Origin: Saccostrea cucullata
Lineage: Eukaryota
Direction of reading: 5' to 3'
NCBI RefSeq assembly: GCF_032062105.1
Contig: NW_026940735.1
Span: 620,001-684,000, forward strand
DNA: 64,000 nucleotides
The notes beneath the pieces were generated by a model. The model saw nothing but the letters and a program-made list of their open reading frames with translations. It searched no databases and was not told where the DNA came from. A program made the translations under genes and the position numbers. Each line of letters opens with the position of its first letter. Position 1 is the first letter of the stretch. Shown in pieces: positions 12,627-25,954 of this stretch.

Positions 12627-15600
12627 ATGCCGAAAGATAATCTGAAGGATAAACTGGAGGGAAATGAGTTGGACTTAAGTCTCAACAATTTAGATACAGT
12701 TCCTGTTAAAGAACTGGTATGGATTTAAAAAAAATAATTCTTAGAAAGTAAGAGCGGTAGATTTTTTTCTTTGAAAAATTCAAATAACATATGTCAGCGC
12801 ACTGAGAGGGTTAAGAGAAATATCCCGTGAAAAGCTGTCTCTTGTTTCATTGTTGATCAGTCAAAATGTGCGACCGTAAAAGAGGTCAAAGCTGTCACAA
12901 GCCTTTGTGTGTGTGTTTTTTTTATTAACCAATGTTGTAAAGATTCTTGTAGCATGTTGTAGTTAGAATAATCTACCTGTGTCTCGGGACAAGCCCTCAC
13001 CACAGTTAGAATACCACCCATATACTTGCAATGTAGCAAAAAATTTCAGATTCACTCCAAAACGAATTTGAAGAACCTTTTTTGAGGTTGTGTATGCCTT
13101 TAAACCAAAAATGTAATCCAGAGAAAGACGAAAATTCAACTAATATTCTCAACCTTTTTATTTCGCTTCAAATTTACATGCCATGTTTGTGTAACAGGAA
13201 AGGAGAAAATGTATGGCTGGACCAGAAATCAAACCCGGGACCCCTGCATCTCCAATCCGGTGCCCTACCAACTGAGCTATCCAGGCCGATATCCACGGCC
13301 AAAACCATTACATTTGCATTCGGAACTCTCTAGATTGTCTGTAGTAAATGCACAGAGTTCGAGTTATCGCCTATGTTTATTTTGCTACATTGTGAATACA
13401 CAGAACGAATTCTATCATTAAACCAGGTCCTGAGGACATTTATTATTTTAGTGATATAACATTCTGTCTAAGATGCTTGTAGTCTCAGCAGCATCAACCA
13501 CCACAACCTGCCTTATGTTGATAGAAAAGCTCAGTTCTACTATATGCTTCTTCTGATTCCATATTGTTGAAGAAGTTTGACTATGGGAAACTTCATCAAA
13601 GGCTTAAAACGAATCTGTGACTAACAGTACAGCTTCCTTGTTCTTGGCTTTTGGTTAGGTTCACTAAGGTTGTCCACGCATTGTAATAACTGTGTTTCAC
13701 CTGATCTTTTTCTTCTGAATCCAGGAGTGGATACTTGATTTTACTCACTTTTGCATGATTTATGATAAGGCTGGTTACAATGTGCTCCATGATTTTACAT
13801 CACATTGTTTGATACATATAATATATATAGATTTGTAGTTTATGGTTACTGTTTTATTCTTTTTTTCCATCTTAAATGTGGGTGTTATTTTGCATCTCTT
13901 CCATCAGCTGGTACTTTCATTCAGTCAAAGATTTCCTGAAAATCTGTGTCAGAGCTATCTCACTGGCTAGTTTCATATAAAGGACAGTGGGTTTGATGTT
14001 GTCAGGGCTCTAGCTTTATGCACATTGAGGTTTTTAAGCAGTCTGAAGACTCCTGCTGTAGGGATGTTGGTAGTCTGATGGTTTGCCTGCCTTATAATTG
14101 CCATTGTGGAATCTTTGTCACCAACACATTCAGAGTCTTATAAAAACATGATAAGAAGGGTTTTCTACAGCACTCGTAAACAATAGTAATCATAAACAAT
14201 AACCATAATACAACTCATAAATAATCTTTTAGTGTGAGTAATCTGAACTTGTTTATAATTATCTAACTTTATTTAAAATGGACAAGCCTCACCACAGAAT
14301 ACTAGGGTTCATCCTATTTAATGATGAATTTTTTTTTTATTAAATAGGCTGCCATTCCAAAAGCAACACGGCTTGATTTATCCTGCAATCAACTTGTATC
14401 CCTACCAGTAAGTCTGGATAAATTATTGATGATTCATCTTAAAATTTCACAAGTTACACATGTAGATAACTTTCCCACATTTAATACACCAAAGTAACTG
14501 CATATACTTTAATGGAACTTGAAATTATTTTGCAGGACAATTTTAGTTCTTTGACCCACCTAGTAAAGATTGACCTCAGTAAAAACAAGTTAACAGAACT
14601 CCCTGACAACTTTGGAAACCTTCAGAACCTTCAGCACCTTGATCTCCTAGGAAACCAGCTGACCATTCTTCCAATCAGTTTTTATAAACTGACCAAACTC
14701 AAATGGCTTGACTTGAAGGATAACCCACTCCAGACTGACCTTAAGAAAATTGCTGGAGACTGCTTAGATGAAAACCAGTGCAAGAAGTGTGCAACTCAAG
14801 TAAGAAAATGACCAGCAAAATTGCTGATCAAGAAATCATTATAAAAATGAAAAGCATTTCATTGTTATTCATGTAATTACATGTATCTTTGGTTAATGGT
14901 TTTTGAATGAATCGAAATTTCATGAATTTCTTTTAAAAAATTAAGAATAATCTAATCCTTGTTTTTTTTTCCTTCAAAAAATAGGTTCTAAAGTACCTCA
15001 GGGATTATAATTCAGAACTTGAGCGACTAAAACAAAAGAAGCTAAGAGAGGAAAGAGGTATCCAATAGACTTCTTAAATAAAGAAATACTACATAGAATG
15101 TACAAAATATTAAACAAGCATATTTTATATATTTATCATGGACACATTTGAAATTCTTTCATAAGCATTGTATCACCATATCAATAAATTAAGTATTTTT
15201 AATTTGCGCATTTCTTGAAAATTTACTCAAAAAAGCAATATTTCTTTGAAGTTGGTGTAATGATATTATTTAAACTTTCTAATTTGAATTAAGGCTTTTT
15301 GCTGCTTAATATTGCCTTTATAGCAAAGCAGAAATAATCAGGGTCTGCTTTCCCTTTTGAAAGCAAGCTACACTGTCCTTTCAGCACCACTTCTACATGA
15401 GTATAATAAAATACATGCATCAATCTTACAGAGGCAAAGAAACGACAAAAAGAGAAGGAAGAGGAAGAAAGAGAAAGAGTGCGCCAAGAAAGAAAACAGA
15501 AGAAACTTGAAAACAAGAGGAGGAAGGAGGAATCTACAGCAGAGGGGGATATGTCCTCATCACCTGATAAGAAACATGGTACAATGAGAATATGAGCTGG

Positions 15601-17122
15601 AGAATTCAGCAAAAATTAGGCTTTTGTATAACTTTTTCTTGTAACAACTACTTTCTTTAAAAAGATATAAGGAGTAACGTCTCTGGTATTATTTCTGATT
15701 TTATATATAGCAGTCCTGTATGATTGTAAAAAGTCTATTTTCAATGAATTTTATTTATATAAATTAAAATATGCAGATTTAATCAAAATTTTGGGGCCAA
15801 ATTTGACAGATGTTATCTTTAACTTGACTAGTTAATATGAATTAAAATAAGGAAAAGTCATAGATCTGAGTAGAGTTATCTCCCTGTTATGAGATATTTC
15901 ATTAATAAGTATATATTGAATTTATAGGAGAGGGAAAGAATGGAAACATTGGAAACAAAACAGACAGACAGAAAAGCACAGGTGAGGAAAAAAAGGAGGG
16001 TTATGTGATTCTGAGATTTTACACCAAAATAAAAAAAAGTTTTAACTTAAATTGAATCCCAGAAATTCTAATTTATAAAAAAGAAATGGAAAAACACTAT
16101 TACATATACTGTAAATCACTTCTTATTGGTGAGAACTTTTCACATAATTACGCAAGAAAGTGTGCTTTAGTTTTCTTTTGATTATGTGGAATAGTAACTA
16201 CAATTTGTGAAAATAATGCTAATCATCTGTCTAATGCAAGGTTAATATCTACCTTACAAAAATAAGGTTTCACAAAAATTTAATGATCTACAGTAATTGG
16301 TATGCACCATATGCATTTTAATCTTTATAGCAGTATATTCTAATGATTTTGGGGTGTGATAGAGATCAAACATAGAATTACATTGTCACAACTAAAAGAT
16401 GGCCAGTTGTTATCGCAAAAATTACAGATGTTCAAAATTGAAATTCATTCTCTATTTTAGACTTGTCACATAAGGGGGAGATATTTTTCTCAAACATTTC
16501 TTGTTTAACAGTGGGAGTAAATTATAATTTTAGGCCTTATTGCACAGATTGATAGGTCAACTTATACATGTACAAAAAAGAAAGTTTGGGCTTCCTAAGA
16601 ATTGATGAAAAAATGTGTAGTTGTGACATATTGATGGAAAAAACAGGGATAAAAACACTTGGAATGTACTGTACTCAAACTCCCAATTTAAAGTGATACT
16701 GAAATGAATAAAAAATATTACATTGCAGCTGCTGAGATCGATTGTTTACTGTATTATTTCTCTTAGTATATCTATGATTATTCAATGCGACATTGCAGTG
16801 TTCTGATTTTCTTCTTTATCTTACAGATTCGAAATCTGGAATCCCATGGTTCACCATCCTTGCCATTTTCATGCTTCTGGTAGCAGTTTTGATTGGCGGG
16901 TTTTACGCATCATGTAAAGATAACAAGAATGAAGTCTGTGAACATTACTGGAAACCCATGGAGACCAAAGCCTTGGTTTTCTTTGGCAGTGTTAGAACCA
17001 ACACACAGGAAATTATTGAAAAATTTAAAGAAACAGCACTAAAATATTATAGTAAATATATTGGTAATGACAAGAAAACATCAGCAGATACAAAACCTCC
17101 AAAAGACACTCCTCAGACTTGA
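12627..17122 (+). CDS. LRRC59: Leucine-rich repeat-containing protein 59 (tail-anchored ER protein)
   Basis: Exons 12627-12716, 14348-14407, 14536-14799, 14985-15057, 15432-15578, 15928-15981, 16827-17122. [59 protein letters not shown], then an E/K/R coiled coil and a C-terminal TM helix. Confidence 0.93.
13193..13290 (-). mobile_element. tRNA-derived SINE-like repeat, family A (second copy)
   Basis: Aligns with 9599-9720 (aacagga.aggagaaaa...aacccggg...ctaccaactgagctatc). Confidence 0.7.
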
Positions 17123-18192
17123 TCTTTCCAGTTTTTTTTTGATAAAAATGTATTTGGGAGGCATTGGCTGATTTTTTTCCTTTTTAAATGAATTTTTATC
17201 CATCTTTGATCTTTTTTACTTCTCTAAAAACATAGATTAAAAACAATATACACTCCGGATTTATCGATCCCGGCACATAAAAACATGGGTACAAAACTTT
17301 GCTGTAAGTAAGTTCAACAATTTTCTTAAAATTGTACATTGATTAAATCTTCATTCACTTTCACAGTCTGAAAAAAGCTTTTCAAGTTTCATAATACAGT
17401 GTAGTTGCTCAAAGATGCATGCCATTTCCCTCCGAAAATACTAAATAAATTGACTTAGAGGTATTTGTTTATGTATTGTATGATGAGAATTCAATAGAAT
17501 AGAAATATTGTTGAACTACACAAAACTGAAAATGATTTCATGAGGTAAAATAAATAAGATATTATTGACTAAAAGTGACAAAAAGTGGGAACAATTGTAA
17601 AGCATACTTCTACTTATTGTAATGCCATGCTGTCATTGAAGATGGTCTTGTTATTTTACTTATGAATTGTTTTTAAGATGGTTAGAAGTGCATGCATCTC
17701 ACATAAAGTTTATAGCAATCAGGCATTCATAATGTACATGTATGATTGTATACATGTTGTACATGTAAGAATATTTCAGCAGATGCAATCTCTCTGAACT
17801 TAAGCTTTTTGTGAAATAAGTATGTTATGCATCAAGTCATCATAGACAATACACTTGTACTATAATTTTGTCGATTCAACAAATTTTCACAAATCATTGT
17901 ATTATATTTTTATACTTGGTGTATATGTTCTCATTGGAATAATATTTAAATTTGGTTTTTCTTCATGAATGAAAAGACTTTTACATTTCTGTTATTTTAC
18001 CAAGAGTATGATCGAGAGATGTCTGAAAGGTATGAAAAGATTCAATAATGAAACATAGTGTGCCCCTAATGCAATATAGAAATGGACTACCTGTAATTTA
18101 TCAGAGGCCACAAAGCATTAGGAAGTAAATGAAAAACAACAGGGAACCCCTAGTCATTTCTACTCCCCTGTTATCTTTCATAGAAGTCATAT

Positions 18193-19327
18193 TTTTTATA
18201 CCCCCCCCCGCAAACGAAGTTTAGGGGGGGTATATTGGAATCACCATGTCCGTCTGTCCGTCTGTCTGTCTGTCTGTCTGTCTGTAGATGAGATTTTGTC
18301 CGGACCATTACTCAGAAACTATTGGAAGGATTTGTCTGAAAATTTGTACACATATTATTCACCATATGAAGTTGTGCACCTGATATTTTCATCTTGATTG
18401 GATTATTATTTTGAATTTTACAGGTGTTTTTTCATTTTTATTTTGTGGTTTTGTCTGGACCGTTTCTCAGAAACTATTGCAAGGATTAATCTGAAAATTT
18501 GTACACTTATTATTCACCATATGAAGGTGTGCACCTGGAATTTTCAACTCTTTTTGTTAATTTTTTTGCATTTTACAGGTTTTATTTTTTATTTTAATTG
18601 ACTTGTTCATTTTGGGCTCATGTATAAGGTTTGAGATATAGAATCTAGAATATCTGTTCAAAAATACTACAGCTTAAAACTACTCATAAAAACTTAAAAA
18701 AAAGAAACATCATCAAGTGTTAAAAACAGTTTTTACATTGCACAGAAGATAATGTAATTTCATTTGTCTCTTGGGAATAATGACTGGACATGCATCCAGT
18801 TAAAGATAAATTAATGAGTTTGGTGTTGGAAGTTGTTAAGGCATATCTCTTATCAAGCGTGTGTGTTATCTAATCTCCAGGGAATAAGGCACAAGAATTA
18901 AAGATCTCTCTTCTCTTATTCTCTTAATTGTAATTTATTGTCTGTCAAAGCACTTCATTACTGGATGAACAGCTCTTTATTTTCAAAATGCATTTCAAAT
19001 TGATATATCAAGATTAATTTGATTTTGTATAATGGTTTTTTTTCAACAATCAGTTTGCAGAGTGACATAACACATAATTGCAATATATTTTTTTAATGCA
19101 GAAATAAAAAAAAAAATGTTACAATGGAATTACAATGTATAAGTATTGATGTTTCATTTGGTTGCACCTTTGTTTCATTCATTAAGAAACACGATGAGCA
19201 ATAATATTTCACTGCAAATTTTTGTAAGTAAATTGTGAACATCTCTAGATCCATAAAGTATTTTTGAATTGGCACCTTCTCTGAAAAACCCAGCGGGGGG
19301 TATTTGTCCCTATTGGACAGTTCTAGT
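18193..19327 (+). mobile_element. Non-autonomous Helentron-associated element (HINE/DINE-1-like)
   Basis: 5' TTTATACCCCCC..GGGGGGTAT inverted repeat, (GTCT/GTCC)n, internal duplicated block, 3' subTIR GGGGGGTAT, hairpin TGTCC-CTATT-GGACA, end CTAGT. Confidence 0.8.
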
Positions 19328-21839
19328 TACACTTATTCTTTGTAGGTGAAAATAGCATGGCAAATAATTTTTACAATATTCAGTTTTTCTTGAAAGTTAT
19401 ATCCAAAGATGTAGAGATTAGGTTTTAAACATTCATTTCTTGTATCCATGATTTGGCCAGAGTACAAAATAGGATGATAAATTAACTAGAAAATTAAGAT
19501 AGAATAGGATTATGTAACTATGTATCCAAAAATCAAATCTATTTACATAACATCAAAAATGTTCATTAGTTTGATCCTCAAACCATGATCTGTTCCCTAT
19601 GAAAATTAATGTGATTACAGTAAAATATTTTTTTGCCTTAAAAAGTAGCATATTTAGGAGCGCTATATAATTTTTGTTAAGGTTTAAATATCCCCCTGCT
19701 CCAAATTCCACCATTTAAAAAAAAATTCAAATATTGATTTTCATCATTAGCATTAGCATCAAATTCAAATGGAAAATAGTTTGAAGTATGAAGCGTTGCT
19801 TACCTTTTCAGAAATGAATATTATGTCTAATCATGATGTGAGAAAATTTGATATGGTAAATAGAAAGATCAAGAATTTTTTTTTATCTCACAATAAAATT
19901 AAAAATAAAAGGTATCATGAAAATAATTTTTACTATCATACCTTTCTAATTCTCATTAGAAAACATCATTAAGAGTTTCTTTTTAAATCAGGATATGAAA
20001 TTTTTTTCTGTTCTTGTAAAATAATATGCATTCATCAACAAGACTTATCTTTCCATTATCGCCCTTTGAAATTATTTTTATTGAAACAAAATATTAATTA
20101 AATGATTATGAACAATTCAGCACCTACAATTTCTGTGATAATTAAAAGACTTATATGTTTGGAGATAGAAATATCTCAATTTATATAATTAGACAGTTTT
20201 AAAGAACTGAGTATAAAAGTTTTAGGTAAACTAGTATAAATAATAAATGAAAATATTTGCAATAGAAACTAGAAATAAATATATGTACACTATCACAGAT
20301 TTGTTTGAGTTAACTACAAAATGGTCCTCGTTTATAAACTCTGTGAATTCTGAAAAAGACAATCCATGACTGAATTTCATAAATTCATCATGAAATGTCA
20401 CAAGAAAGTTTTCTCTCATATCAGAGGGATAGTACACCTTAATGTTAAAAAGTTATTAAAACAGGTAGGGTAGAAAAAGTATTTAGTCTTCTTTGTTAAA
20501 ATAAGTGACAACGATTACGATCTCTAAAAATTCAACCCTGCTAAATTACCACTGTTGCACTTGCATTTCAATTTACACAAAATAACAAGAATATATCTTC
20601 TTATAGTAGCTGAGAAATCAATATGTGTCATAAACAGATCAAGGCTTGTAAATTGGACCATCGTTGGTTTAATATGATAGTCACTGTGCTAGACTGTTTT
20701 CAGAATGGAGAATAAATACTGAATAAAGGATTCCTGATTCAAGCGTGTTCTGGATAATTTGGAACCGTAATGATCTTTACATTTCCACTTGCGTGATAAA
20801 ATGAGTAAAACCTGAAAAGTAAAAGAATTTTTTTCAAACAAGAATTCCGTAAGCCCTGCTGTTCACCAGTTAAAAAAAAAATACATTTTACATTGAAAAT
20901 TGTGGTCCTGTGTTATGGCTCCACCCAGAGTCATTAATTAGAAAAACACACATACACAACATGAGAATGTTTGCAAATTCATTTATATTGCATTTTTTTT
21001 GTATTCATTAGATTTTTGAAAACTTCTTGAAATCCCATGCAAAACTTCGATTTTCTGGTTTTGCCTCAAGTACTGGATACGTTTGTAGTTTAGAATATAT
21101 TCACTACCTTAGAAACATTCCACATAAGTTTCACTTTAACTGGTCCAGCGATTTTAAAGAAAAAAATTTGAAGCCTTTTCATGAATGTATATTTTGTAGA
21201 ACATATTCATCCCCTATAGTGGCATTTTTATTCGTTGGTGTTCAAAATTGACGGACCTAAGATTACAACACGGAATTCAGACAATTCAAAATACGTGTCA
21301 AAAAAATTAAAATGAAAGGTATAACAAAACATTTATTGACTATGTTCTCGGGCAAATGCGTTTTGTCGACCCCCGAACCAAACTGTCTGCCAACGGCCTC
21401 AGGCAGACAGTTTGGTTCTTGGGTCCGACAAAATGCATGTTGCCCTCCAATTCGGACAAGAGGATGTATAATATTCCTCGGAAGCTACCTCACAAGTTTC
21501 ATCTCTTCTGGCCCAGTGGTTCTTGAGAAGATTTTTTTTAATTATCCGCTTGATTTTTGCTTTTTCTTGTTTATCTCGCCTTGGAAGGGGACTTTGCCCT
21601 TCACTTGAACAATTAAACGATTTTTTAAAAAAAAAAATCCTCTATACCCTTGCCCCTTTACCCAAAAATGTTTTATGAAATTGACCCAATGCGTAGCTGC
21701 CCAACTAACCTACAGATTCAGTGAGAGTGTAAATCCAACACATGTATTGAAAACAAATAAACGTAGATAATTATGTACATGTAGATCTATATGACAAATC
21801 ATATTTATTTAAAATTGGACGGACATCAATTTTCGTAGT

Positions 21840-22131
21840 CGCCCGCGTGGCGCAGTGGTTCGAGTCTGCTCTAAAGTCGCGAAGTAAGGAGTTGATCCTT
21901 ACGTCGCGGGTTCGAATCTCACTGTGGGACATTGGAGACCGGTCCTTCGGATCAAACCGTATAAACCGAGGTCCCGTTTTGCAGTATGTGCTGGCACGAA
22001 AAAAATCCCTCCCTGCTCAATGGCCCTAAGTGCCGAGTATTGGACAGGATTTGCAGCTCTCCACCGGCAATTGATGGCGTCTCCATATGAGTGAAAAATT
22101 CTCGAGAGGGACGTTAAACAATATACAATCA
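21840..22131 (+). mobile_element. Full-length tRNA-derived SINE, family B (resembles bivalve Meta-domain SINEs)
   Basis: A box GTGGCGCAGTGG, B box GGTTCGAATCT, (AATC)n tail, 15-bp TSD ATCAATTTTCGTAGT at 21825-21839 and 22132-22146. Confidence 0.88.
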
Positions 22132-22878
22132 ATCAATTTTCGTAGTGCTTTAATGCTGCCAGGAAGAGTTATATATACATTATGATTAAGTGGCCGCAAT
22201 ATACGAATAGAAGGCGTTAATAATAATACGATAGATGAACATTTTCTAGCTTAGTGGGTATACAGCAAGGACAAAATTCAAAAGGCGTTGATGATTTTCT
22301 AGCTTTGTCGATAGATATTCAATAGAGTTAGGTATCTAGCCTGTCTGGTATGCTCTTAAACGCAGTCTGGAACCGCTTTAACTATGTGCTACAATCTTAG
22401 TCCAGAGATATCTGATTGATTTTTATTTGGTTCAAACAAATCAACATTTCATACATTATAAATATTATAATAAATATTCGAAGAAATATTACAGTCGGAA
22501 TCGTGTGTTTTGAATAGAAAACGAGTAGAAAGAAAACCTTTTTTTCTAACGGAAATATAAACAGAAAGATTTATTCTGACAAAATTGAAATTTCTTTATA
22601 ATGAACTATACCAAATGTTACTTCACCTCAACGAGTGTATTAAATAATAACATGGGTCACTAGGCTAGGTTAACCTTTGTGGCATTGTAAAATAGACAAG
22701 AGCTTACATTTTGCCAGAAAGGAATGTACATCGATTTTCTGACGTGATGTTTTACTCAGAAACAAGTTATTCTTGGCGATAGTAGCATACACAATTCATT
22801 TGGATTTTCTTTAGTTTTACGTTCAATTTCAATTTATGTCATGTAATGGGAAACGGCGTCACTCAATTTATTCTAACA

Positions 22879-25800
22879 TTAAAGAGGAATTACTGAAGTT
22901 GATTTAGGACTTTGTGAATTTGCTATTGACTTCTTCCCATCATCCTTTTCGTCTTTTTTCCTTTTTAATGGACCAATAAATGAAAGCACTACTGGAATCA
23001 AAAGAACCGAATGGACGAGACCAAAAAATATCACAAGAAACATCATCTGTCCAAACGTTTTAAAGATGTAACTGTTTGCAAATCCTAAAATAGAAACGCC
23101 CACGAGGGTGGAGAATGCCGCGTTAAATATAGGTCCTCCAGATCTGTCTAAGGCAAGGTCAACTTTTGTGGCCCTGTCGTCTGCATCTACAGCAAGATAG
23201 GCGTGACAAATATGGGCGCTAAAATCTACGGAGAATCCCACGGTCATGACAAGGTGAATCATGGTGATGGAACTGAGTGAAATGTCCCAGAAGTACATAA
23301 AACCGAACACCCCTAGTAGGATAGTAAACAGCGTTACGCCGACAATGACTATCAGTGTTGGGTGAGGCATGAAGACGATTGTGACAAAGATTATCACGGC
23401 GATGGCAATTCCAACAGTTTGCAAGGTGCTTGGAAGGATTTCAACATACTGTTCGAAGAAAATGAACGGATCCGAGTATACAATCATGGGAATTGCAGAA
23501 TTTGCAGTCACCTCTCGCATGCGGAGCATCATCTTCCCTTGGTCATACGATGACTTTAAGTTATTGGTCTTCAAGTAAAATCGAGACGCGGTAATGCTTG
23601 TTCCAGCAGAATTTATCACCACATCACTAGCATACAATGGAACATTGGTCAGGAACGTCTGCAGAGCAGCAATGAAAGCAGATTCAGAAGTGTTTGCATA
23701 CAGACCAGATTGTTTAAAGGCAGATAACCAGTTTAATTCAAATGCATGATCTATGTCCTCGTCTTGTTTTGCTGTAGTAAGAACCGATGTAAGGACCCCT
23801 TGAGTCCAGGAAGAGGAGTATGTCTGGGTTGTTTTGACATTAAATGACATGGCGATCTCTGTAGTAAAGTATTTCTCAATCCATGTGCTGTATTTGAAAA
23901 AGAAGGAGTCTTCCGTGACAAGGTTTGGAAGAGATAACCCTTGTTGAAGATGGACAGCACCATAAACAGAAAATCCAAAGTAAATCAGAAAAATTAATAA
24001 GATGAATATCTTTAGGACCAGGTAGCTCAAAAGTTTTTGGATGAGTCTTTTTGGATATCTCTCCAAAGGGCTATCGACATCGTCCCGTTCTTTTGGTGGG
24101 TATCCAGCGCATGCGTAAAGTGAGCATCCTTTTTTACCCTCTTTCCTCAATGATTCCTTATCTTTTGTCCTTATACAACAAACTAGACAGTGGCGATTGC
24201 CTTTAATCCTTTTTTCATTGATCACTATGCATGCAGAGAAAACAGTGATTTGATTGATGTAGCAAAATAGTACTGCAACACCTGCAAGAAAGTATAAAAT
24301 ATCACCAAACAATGATGTATTTTCATGCATTTGTTAAGCGAATATCATTTATGTAGTTTTTTGGGGGGATTTTAATCGATATACCTTATTGAAATCAAGA
24401 TTTTTTACAGATAATACGAAACTGTCCCAAACCATAACAATGACGTACCAGTATAAATGCAGAAATTACGGACGCTTAAGAAAACCGAACTTGCTCCAAT
24501 CAGGAACGCCAGGAAATCTGTAATGGAGGTGATAGTGATGGCGATACCACTGGTCTTCATCATGAAGTAAATTCTGTCCGACACGCTAGAATTTTCTATT
24601 GTCTCAGCATCAGCAATTCCGGACATCAAAATGAAGACATCGTCGATACCAATGCCTGCAGATTCAAACAATCATAAAACGTAATGTTTTAATGGAATGG
24701 TATGGAAAGTAAAAAGTAAGCATTTATAAGAATTAATAGGATAATTATTAAGTTCTCTTTTTGTGATGTTAAGTTATTAAAAACAAAGTTGAAGTATTAA
24801 GTTTCAGGGCTAAAATGACTTTGAGATATGATATTACAGAAACGTCAAGACAAAAACCTGTCATAAGGATTACTTAAGTAATTAACTAGACAATCACCCA
24901 ACAAAATTACATTCCTACCTTTTGAAAAGGTTTTGTAAAACCTTTAAAGAAACAGAGAATACTTGAATCTTCTCTTCTTTATAAGGTACTTTATAAGAAG
25001 ATGCTTACCTATGATAAGGAAAGGCATAACGCTGACTATGCTTATATACTTCACTCCAATAAGACTCAGTAAACCAAAAGAGGACACAATAGACAGAGCA
25101 GCTGCCAAGACACCTGCTTGGCCTAAAAGACTTCTGTCTGCTATGAAATTACAATTCATTCTCGATGTGGCAATGGAAGCATACGTCATCATCAGCGTCA
25201 ACGTCAAAGCAAAGAAAAGAACGTCTCCCCCTATATTATTCTCTAGTTCGTCGTCTAAGGCACTAGAGTAAGATGGAGCCAACTCTGAGACATTAACAAC
25301 AGCACCCGAAATGGATTTAACAAAAGCCTTTTCCCATTCCTTGGAATTCGCTCCACTGAGGTAGTAGGTGAGTTTCAGTCCCATGGCATATGTGAGTAGT
25401 CCGCTTGAAAACGATGCACTTGCAAGAAGGGAACTTATAGAAGTCTCCTTGAATATTGGGTATGTGATATTGTTTACCAGCATCATTTGTTTGAAATCAT
25501 TCGACAAGAAGATGTCCCCAGAAACTACACAGCTGCCATTCTGTTTGGCACACACATTCGCAAACTTTATATTATTGATGGAAATGGAGTTGCGTACATA
25601 ATTGTCAACAGACATGACATCATCTAAAAATGCCGACGTCAGCATGTTTCCCCTGTCCTTTGTTAGGATGAGCACTTCTGCGAAATCAGACGACTCCTTA
25701 TGTGAGTAGAAATCAGAGTTTCTTGGAAATACATTCTTTAAATAATCTCGATCTTTGGAGGCCTGGCTGTTTTCTGGTGTATACAGTTTCTCTGATCCAC

Positions 25801-25954
25801 TTTCCGTCTCAAGTCTAAGCATACCAAGGCCAAGGAGACAGTTGACAGAGATAGCAACAGCCAGAACTTTGACAGGATGCCGCTCCAGAAAGCGTCCATA
25901 CAAACCAAACACGCGACCTATCCTCTCCTCATGTCTGTGGTAGCAATCGCCCAT
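22879..25954 (-). CDS. PTCHD3: Patched domain-containing protein 3-like (SSD/RND-type multi-pass membrane protein), 851 aa
   Basis: Exons 25954-25009, 24655-24449, 24281-22879 (2556 nt, in frame). PFLIIGIGIDDVFIL, SGIAITITSITDFLAF, VRNFCIYTG, VGFSVDFSAHI, SYIFKTF. Confidence 0.9.
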
